The translations under genes were made by a program, and so were the position numbers. The notes under the pieces are model-generated. The model worked only from the letters and a program-made list of their open reading frames with translations. It was not told the DNA's origin and did not search any database. From positions 19,732-83,731 of the forward strand of contig JABZLB010000007.1 of assembly GCA_015256945.1 (NCBI GenBank): a stretch of DNA of 64,000 nt, in the 5' to 3' direction. The DNA comes from Prevotellaceae bacterium. Lineage in GTDB: Bacteria; Bacteroidota; Bacteroidia; Bacteroidales; Bacteroidaceae. This document shows positions 58,201 through 64,000 of the stretch, piece by piece (the first letter of the stretch is position 1; each line of letters begins with the position of its first letter).

Positions 58201-59208
58201 TTATCCTCTAAATCTATCTCGTAGTACTTTTATCCTATCCAATAGATCCTCAAAAGAAAGATGGTCACCATAGATGAAATCGTGTGTCATTTGCTCGTAG
58301 TCATTTCTCCATTCGTTTAAGACGGATGAAGGAGGGTAAAAGTCGATGGTGTCTCTTTTCAGTTTGTCATAATCAGCATATTTCAGAGCATAGAATGTAC
58401 GGCGGTGTTCTATTATATCGTCATAGAGTTGCTTGTCTTCCAAGGCTTGAATACCAAATTCGGTATCCATCAGCTTTTCCAAATCGTATAAGTGGCGGCT
58501 CATTCTCATAGAACGAGGATGCTCTTTCTGAAATTCCTCGCACAAAAGAAAAGCTTTTTCAAGGAATGTCCTTGTTGGCAGCACAGTTCTGAATGTCACC
58601 TTACAATCATCATCTTCAGGAAATATCTGAGAAATATAAGATTGCAGATCAACTTCTTCTGTAGGCTCTGCCATTGACAAGCAACTAATCTCTATTTTCA
58701 CCCAAGGGGAAACATAATTGCTACTGTTTGGTATAATACTCTTGTAGTCAACCATGATGACAGTAGGATCCTTGTCGGAGTCTATGGGCTTTAGACCATC
58801 CTTTGTTTCCACTTCTGTTACGTTTCTTACGTTATAATCAACAACTCCCAGTTGGTTCAACGCCTGTTCTATTTTAGACTTCAATACATCTTGGATATAG
58901 CTACGAGATTTCTTCCTAAGGCGTTCCCTTTGGCTTTTGGATGTGGATGATATTGCGAAATCTCCTTCTCGTCTTATAGATAAATCAATATCCTCACTGA
59001 AACGGTCTATCAATCCGAATCCCTTAGAAAGCGATGTACCACCCTTGAAATTAAGCAGATGCGCAATAGAGGTCATGGATAGAGCCTTGAGCACCATTGT
59101 CACCCACCAGTCTTTTTCGATGGCGGTAGGCGACAAGTGCCTTTCTCTGCTAACTGCATTTAGCATAGCCAAACGCTCTTGTATGTTATGCTGTTGCCAA
59201 TGTATCAT
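58201..59208 (-). CDS. abiEii: AbiEii/AbiGii-family nucleotidyltransferase toxin (type IV TA / abortive infection)
   Basis: DUF1814 signature FKGGTSLSKGFGLIDRFSEDIDL; 335 aa. Confidence 0.75.
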   Translation of the reverse strand: MIHWQQHNIQERLAMLNAVSRERHLSPTAIEKDWWVTMVLKALSMTSIAHLLNFKGGTSLSKGFGLIDRFSEDIDLSIRREGDFAISSTSKSQRERLRKKSRSYIQDVLKSKIEQALNQLGVVDYNVRNVTEVETKDGLKPIDSDKDPTVIMVDYKSIIPNSSNYVSPWVKIEISCLSMAEPTEEVDLQSYISQIFPEDDDCKVTFRTVLPTRTFLEKAFLLCEEFQKEHPRSMRMSRHLYDLEKLMDTEFGIQALEDKQLYDDIIEHRRTFYALKYADYDKLKRDTIDFYPPSSVLNEWRNDYEQMTHDFIYGDHLSFEDLLDRIKVLRDRFRG

Positions 59209-59212
59209 ATCC

Positions 59213-59821
59213 TTATTTGGTTATTTCCTTAAAAAAATTCTGCATCCATGCCGGGGCCAAAGATATATCTTTCTTTATAAGCTGGGCTTCTGCTGGATTG
59301 TCTTGAATAAGCCTGTATATGGCAGACATTTCTTCATTGGTCACGTTTCCTTTCCCAATATTGCGTAATGCCTGCACAAGCATTGCCATCATTTTGCTTT
59401 TATAAGCGAAGTTTCGGGGCACGCTTCGGATGAAACTTATTTCACTACCATCGACCTTTACAGTTCTTGGAGAGCCCGTAGTTAGATAGTTTACCTTAGT
59501 CGGAACCTGTGTTGATAGCCCTAAGATATTAAGAGCTGCGGCACCTGTCGGCATAATCTCAACTTGATCACGTTTGGCAATGGCTTCAGCTATCTCATAT
59601 AACGATGGCTTTAATGGACCAAACTTAGTAGCAACCGACTTACAGTAAATGCCAGGCGATAAACGCTCGATTAATCCCTTTTGTTCTGCTATACTTAATA
59701 CCTGCTGGACATAATTAGCACTACTTATGTCCGTGAAGTCGCTAACAAAAAGCACACAAGGTGCTTTCATCTTGTCTAAACGACCAAGTATTAACTCTGT
59801 ACTACCAGCTTGATTTAACAT
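59213..59821 (-). CDS. abiEi: AbiEi-like antitoxin / transcriptional regulator partner of AbiEii
   Basis: About 200 aa, located 4 bp upstream of abiEii on the same strand. The size and position are typical of AbiEi/DUF6088-type partners. Confidence 0.5.
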   Translation of the reverse strand: MLNQAGSTELILGRLDKMKAPCVLFVSDFTDISSANYVQQVLSIAEQKGLIERLSPGIYCKSVATKFGPLKPSLYEIAEAIAKRDQVEIMPTGAAALNILGLSTQVPTKVNYLTTGSPRTVKVDGSEISFIRSVPRNFAYKSKMMAMLVQALRNIGKGNVTNEEMSAIYRLIQDNPAEAQLIKKDISLAPAWMQNFFKEITK

Positions 59822-59924
59822 TCGTTTGTAGGAATTATTGACAATATTTCATAGGCAAAGATAACTATTCTATAGCTATATGCAAAATATTCCTTTAATT
59901 TTTCTGCCCCATGCGGCACTTTTT

Positions 59925-61421
59925 TCAAATTGAAGCCAATAATTCTTCGCGTTCAGCCTCAGTCATACTCTTCAAAAGCGTCAAGAGCTCCTGTTTGCTT
60001 GTAGCTTGTTGGCTACTCTTTTCCCTTTCATTAAGCAGGTACCAGTTATATTCCACCATTTTTTCCAAAGGGTAAGCACCAATGTAGTTCGAAGTTATGT
60101 CGCCAGAGCTGCTATGCCCCATACTATCACTGATGTATTTGTAGGGCACCTTGCCAGAATTGTTCAGATTGGTGGCGAAACTGTGGCGAGCCCATGTGGA
60201 GGTAGGCTTTTGCTCCAAACCAAGAATATCCGCAACCTTCCCCATGTGCTTTCCTATATACTTGTTGTATCGTTGAATCACCCAAAGTTCCTTGTCGGGC
60301 ATGATAAGTGTAGGCAAGATAGGGAATACTCGTTTGCCCAACTTCGGTTCATTGCCATATTCCTCGATTATTTTCTTTAGTTCTGGAGTAATGGGAAATA
60401 TCACTTCGCTTGCACTCTCGTTTCTGTCATGCGTTTTCTGGCGGTAGAAGCGAAATTGCTTACCGTGTGTGGCGAAATACCATTCATCATACTCCAGCCG
60501 TAAAGTGTCTGCGAGGTTCTGCCCATCACCAAGATACATGAAAAGGAACAATCCCACGTCACGGAACACAGCTTCCTTTTCATGGGAATAGAATTGTTCT
60601 TTGCCGTTCTCATCTTTAGCTTCTTTCCTCTCCCAGAAATCATAGAGCTTGCGCATAGTTGCGACATCAAGGAACTCATGCTTCCTGCTATTGGACTTGT
60701 TATAGCCTGTGTCCTTGAACATTTCTCGGGTGTCACCTTTGATTAACCCTTGCTCAATGCAGATGTTCACAATGGCTCTGAATGTACGGAGACTGATGCC
60801 AATGGTTGTGGCACTCAATCCGTACTTCTTTAAGGCTTTTGACCATTTCAAGATGAAAGCCCTGTCAATATCGCCAAACTCAACATTGCTTCCCATTGTT
60901 TTGACAAAGCGACGCTTCACATCTACATTGGTTCTGGCAGTACCCAACTTGTCAATCTTTCTGTCCTCTATGTATTTATCCCAAACAGAATAGATAGTCC
61001 GCTCTTCTGGAGTGATGCCGCTGAAACGCTCTTGTAATTTCTTTAGAGTGAAGATGCCGTCTTCAACAAGTTTGTTTACCATCAACTCAACCCTTAATAT
61101 GCGTGCTCTCAGTTCCTTTCGCTCGTTAGCGTTTTTATTGCGACCTAGACGTTCAAGCTCACAAAGCATCTTCCACTCATCCAACTTGTATTTCTTGCCA
61201 ATGCGCAAGTAAACCTTTTTACCATTATATTGGATTCTGATAGCAGCTGGGAGTTCTTGCTGATCATCTCCACTGGCTCTTCGAGGATCCAGCATAAGCG
61301 TGCCTGTAATACTACCATTTGAAGAGACAAACTTGGCAAAAGCGGTCTCTCCGCGGTCTTTATACTGTTTATTTGACAAAAACAGCTTATCGGTGAACTT
61401 TCTGAAATTTTCCTCCATCAT
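59925..61421 (-). CDS. int: Tyrosine site-specific integrase
   Basis: C-terminal catalytic region ARHSFAT ... MGHSSSGDITSNYIG with an N-terminal SAM-like/arm-binding domain. It lies adjacent to attR. Confidence 0.85.
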   Translation of the reverse strand: MMEENFRKFTDKLFLSNKQYKDRGETAFAKFVSSNGSITGTLMLDPRRASGDDQQELPAAIRIQYNGKKVYLRIGKKYKLDEWKMLCELERLGRNKNANERKELRARILRVELMVNKLVEDGIFTLKKLQERFSGITPEERTIYSVWDKYIEDRKIDKLGTARTNVDVKRRFVKTMGSNVEFGDIDRAFILKWSKALKKYGLSATTIGISLRTFRAIVNICIEQGLIKGDTREMFKDTGYNKSNSRKHEFLDVATMRKLYDFWERKEAKDENGKEQFYSHEKEAVFRDVGLFLFMYLGDGQNLADTLRLEYDEWYFATHGKQFRFYRQKTHDRNESASEVIFPITPELKKIIEEYGNEPKLGKRVFPILPTLIMPDKELWVIQRYNKYIGKHMGKVADILGLEQKPTSTWARHSFATNLNNSGKVPYKYISDSMGHSSSGDITSNYIGAYPLEKMVEYNWYLLNEREKSSQQATSKQELLTLLKSMTEAEREELLASI

Positions 61422-61457
61422 AAAATGTAGTGTTTATAGGGGTTGCAGAGATAAATC

Positions 61458-61482
61458 GGTGAACTTTTGGTGAACTTTCTGA
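61458..61482 (+). repeat. Putative integrase arm-type site, right copy
   Basis: GGTGAACTTTTGGTGAACTTTCTGA, identical to 49810-49834. Confidence 0.55.
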
Positions 61483-61591
61483 CCTCAATTCTGTGCAAAT
61501 TTACGGAATTTCAAGAAATCTACAAAATAAATAACTAACTAATTATCAGCTATTTGCAATCTTTTGCAATTTTGAGAAACACCCATAAATA

Positions 61592-61637
61592 GGATTCATA
61601 ATCCGGAGGTCGTGGGTTCGGGTCCCACCCCCGCTAC
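61592..61637 (+). repeat. attR: 46-bp duplicate of the tRNA-Met 3' end
   Basis: Identical to 49691-49736. Confidence 0.85.
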
Positions 61638-61640
61638 ATA

Positions 61641-61677
61641 AAAAGCCTCGTGAATCGTTGATTTACGAGGCTTTTTA
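61641..61677 (+). terminator. Rho-independent terminator immediately after attR (the original tRNA-Met terminator, displaced by the insertion)
   Basis: AAAAGCCTCGT-N13-ACGAGGCTTTTT. Confidence 0.6.
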
Positions 61678-61970
61678 CGTAATTACTGTGAAAGAGGAAG
61701 ATAAAAAACAATGTAAAGTCCTGCTTTCTGTATCAATAAGCCTCAACCCTATTGATACCCGGCAAATAGATAAAATACTAAAAACCTTTGCTTCCACGAA
61801 GTCTTAAAGTATAAAACAAAGCATCTTCTTGTCATGAACAGGCTTTGTTTTTCAACCATAAACGCTTATAATATATTACAACAAGAACATCTTCCTGTCA
61901 AATTACCAACGCCTCTGCATTACCTATAAAACAAAAGGGGCTGAACTTCAGCCCCTTTCCTTCAAACAAG

Positions 61971-62043
61971 TCGGGATTACTGGACTCGAACCAGCGACCT
62001 CGCGCCCCCCAGACGTGTGCGCTACCAACTGCGCTAAATCCCG
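61971..62043 (-). tRNA. tRNA-Pro (anticodon GGG)
   Basis: The reverse complement reads CGGGATT-TA-GCGC-AGTTGGTA-GCGC-A-CACGT-CTGGGGG-GCGCG-AGGTC-GCTGG-TTCGAGT-CCAGT-AATCCCG-A. There is one A:C mismatch in the anticodon stem. A terminator hairpin follows at 61934-61959. Confidence 0.7.
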
Positions 62044-62203
62044 TTGTTTTGTGGTGCAAAGGTAATGATTACTACTGTAATCTCCAAATTTTATATATAT
62101 TTTTTAATGTAAGGGCATCTAAACAACGATTTAAAACGGCTGTAACAAGGCTGTTTCGCTGCTATTTTGTACATTTGCAATATATATGAAATAAGCTTAT
62201 TCA

Positions 62204-63472
62204 ATGGTAACATACGATATAAAGGCTCCGCGAATGCTCAATGCTGATATTATGCTGCCGGCGTCGAAAAGCATCAGCAACAGGGCACTCATTATCCATG
62301 CCCTGGCCGGAGGTGATGCCTTACCGCAAAATTTATCGGATTGCAATGATACACACGTTGTGCTTCAAGCGCTGAATACCCGTCCTTCTGTGATTGACAT
62401 TGGTGCTGCCGGCACCGCAATGCGCTTCCTTACAGCCTATCTGGCAGCAACAAGCGGCACGTACACACTCACGGGGTCCGACCGTATGAAGCAGCGACCA
62501 ATAGGTATTTTAGTTGATACACTGCAAAAACTGGGTGCCGACATCAGTTATTTAGAACAACAAGGCTATCCTCCTCTACTTATCAAAGGACATCAATTGC
62601 ATGGCGGAAGCATAGAAATTCCTGGCCACGTAAGCTCACAATTCATCTCTGCATTGCTGTTAACGGCTCCTGTCATGACCACAGGGTTAGAGCTTCGATT
62701 ACGTGGTGAAATTGTTTCGCGACCATATATCGACCTCACGCTTTGCACAATGAAGCAGTTTGGAGCTGATGCCGACTGGACCGATACTTGTACAATACGC
62801 GTCAATCCCGTCGCTTACGAAGAGCATCCGTTCTTAATTGAAAACGACTGGACGGCGGCAAGCTACTGGTACGAAACCGTAGCTTTGTATGCTCCTGGGC
62901 AGGCAAGTGTGTGCCTTCACGGGCTTATGGACGGGTCACGACAGGGTGATGCCATCGTAAAATACATTTTTTCGCTACTCGGTGTAAAGACAACCTTTGA
63001 TACCGTTGCCCCTGGAGGGCCTGCCAACGTAAGGCTAACACGCCACGAGGGCTGTGTAGACAGGCTCAATTACAACTTTATTAATTGTCCCGACCTGGCA
63101 CAAACCATTGCCGTTACCTGCTGTGCAATGGGGGTTTTATTCAGATTTGACGGGCTCGCCAGCCTGAAGATAAAAGAAACCGACCGCCTTATGGCTTTGC
63201 AAAAAGAGCTTAGAAAATTAGGCTATGTGGTAGAAATTGAGAATGACAACGCTTTAATATGGAACGGGGAAACATGCAAACCGACCTCAACTACGATTGA
63301 TACTTACGACGATCACCGCATGGCTATGGCCTTTGCACCGCTTGCCGTAAGGAAGGGAAGTCTGCAAATTAACCATCCCGACGTAGTAACCAAGTCGTAT
63401 CCGCGCTTTTGGAACGATATGGCATCGGCGGGTTTTCATATCAGCAGTAACGGTAAGGTTCTGGAAGAATAA
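62204..63472 (+). CDS. aroA: 3-phosphoshikimate 1-carboxyvinyltransferase (EPSP synthase)
   Basis: 422 aa with AroA motifs (LPASKSISNRALI, GNAGTAMRFL, RPI). Confidence 0.9.
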   Translation: MVTYDIKAPRMLNADIMLPASKSISNRALIIHALAGGDALPQNLSDCNDTHVVLQALNTRPSVIDIGAAGTAMRFLTAYLAATSGTYTLTGSDRMKQRPIGILVDTLQKLGADISYLEQQGYPPLLIKGHQLHGGSIEIPGHVSSQFISALLLTAPVMTTGLELRLRGEIVSRPYIDLTLCTMKQFGADADWTDTCTIRVNPVAYEEHPFLIENDWTAASYWYETVALYAPGQASVCLHGLMDGSRQGDAIVKYIFSLLGVKTTFDTVAPGGPANVRLTRHEGCVDRLNYNFINCPDLAQTIAVTCCAMGVLFRFDGLASLKIKETDRLMALQKELRKLGYVVEIENDNALIWNGETCKPTSTTIDTYDDHRMAMAFAPLAVRKGSLQINHPDVVTKSYPRFWNDMASAGFHISSNGKVLEE

Positions 63473-63504
63473 CAGAACCACCCCCTCCCACTATCATTTT
63501 CCAT

Positions 63505-63906
63505 ATGCTATACTTATTTTTAGGAATCGTCATTCTGGGCTGCATAGCCGGAGCCTTCGAACTTATCTCGCAACGTTTTGACGGTAAGGAACAGCCCATA
63601 CGTGTACAAAAAGGCGACTGTTCAACCTGTTCGGGCGACGATTCGGCCTGCGAACAGGTGTGCATGATGCAGGCAGCTACGAAGGATATTGTTTATTTTG
63701 ACGATGAAGAACTGGATATTTACCGCGGCCGACCTTCAGACGGCTACAATGCTGACGAAACCGAGCAATTTGCAGAAGTGCTGGAAACGCTCCGCCCTAC
63801 GGAGATAAAAGAGTGGAACCGCAGTCTTATCCTCCGTGGAATCAACATGCCCGACGGCATCAAAGACGAATATTTTGCTTTGGTTTCTTCGGCCGGGGAG
63901 GCATAA
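63505..63906 (+). CDS. Hypothetical membrane-anchored Cys-rich small protein
   Basis: N-terminal TM, CSTCSGDDSACEQVC cysteine cluster; 133 aa. Confidence 0.35.
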   Translation: MLYLFLGIVILGCIAGAFELISQRFDGKEQPIRVQKGDCSTCSGDDSACEQVCMMQAATKDIVYFDDEELDIYRGRPSDGYNADETEQFAEVLETLRPTEIKEWNRSLILRGINMPDGIKDEYFALVSSAGEA

Positions 63907-64000
63907 AGATGCCCATAACGAAACAAAATATATATATGATTTTAGCGTTATATCATATAATTGAGTATTAAACACCATATTTATTTTCTGCTGATTATTG

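Larger units (their letters stand above)
49691..61637. mobile_element. Integrative mobilizable element (NBU-like IME, ~11.9 kb) inserted in the 3' end of tRNA-Met
   Basis: A perfect 46-bp direct repeat (GGATTCATAATCCGGAGGTCGTGGGTTCGGGTCCCACCCCCGCTAC) lies at 49691-49736 (inside the tRNA) and at 61592-61637. The tyrosine integrase is adjacent to attR. A relaxase with an oriT-like region, an AAA/HTH protein and AT-rich cargo genes sit between them. A displaced terminator follows attR. Confidence 0.8.

Overview
This is a 64-kb chromosomal segment that looks Bacteroidota (Bacteroidales/Prevotella-like; roughly 45-50% GC by eye, T9SS cargo proteins, MurF-Alr fusion, conserved tpiA/folE neighbourhood). 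Most of the window is core housekeeping. Identified genes include a class II RNR N-terminus (partial, not in the ORF track), a nitroreductase, murF-alr, the pfs-luxS operon, a YfhO-family protein, trmH, typA, rpsO, folK, queA, truB, uppP, ftsX, lpxA, an RND efflux operon (MFP-RND-OMF), a CCA/HD nucleotidyltransferase, the DUF1599-DoxX-tpiA-SPOR-folE cluster, xth, an SDR, two large T9SS-secreted proteins and aroA.

The accessory part is an integrative mobilizable element of about 11.9 kb (49691-61637). It is inserted into the 3' end of a tRNA-Met(CAT) gene and flanked by perfect 46-bp direct repeats. It carries a tyrosine integrase, an AbiEi/AbiEii abortive-infection toxin-antitoxin pair, an HTH excisionase-like protein, an AAA ATPase/HTH protein, a MobV-type relaxase with a repeat-rich oriT-like region, and an AT-rich cargo cassette. 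The cassette consists of two uncharacterized proteins plus a WYL-domain (BrxR/CapW-like) regulator. It is the best candidate in the window for an undescribed phage-defence system.

The intergenic regions also hold several repeat families: a dispersed GC-rich palindromic REP-like element (4 copies), an AT-rich TTTAATTCT repeat family (2 loci), and several short tandem-repeat arrays. Coordinates read from the sequence text may be off by 1-2 nt.
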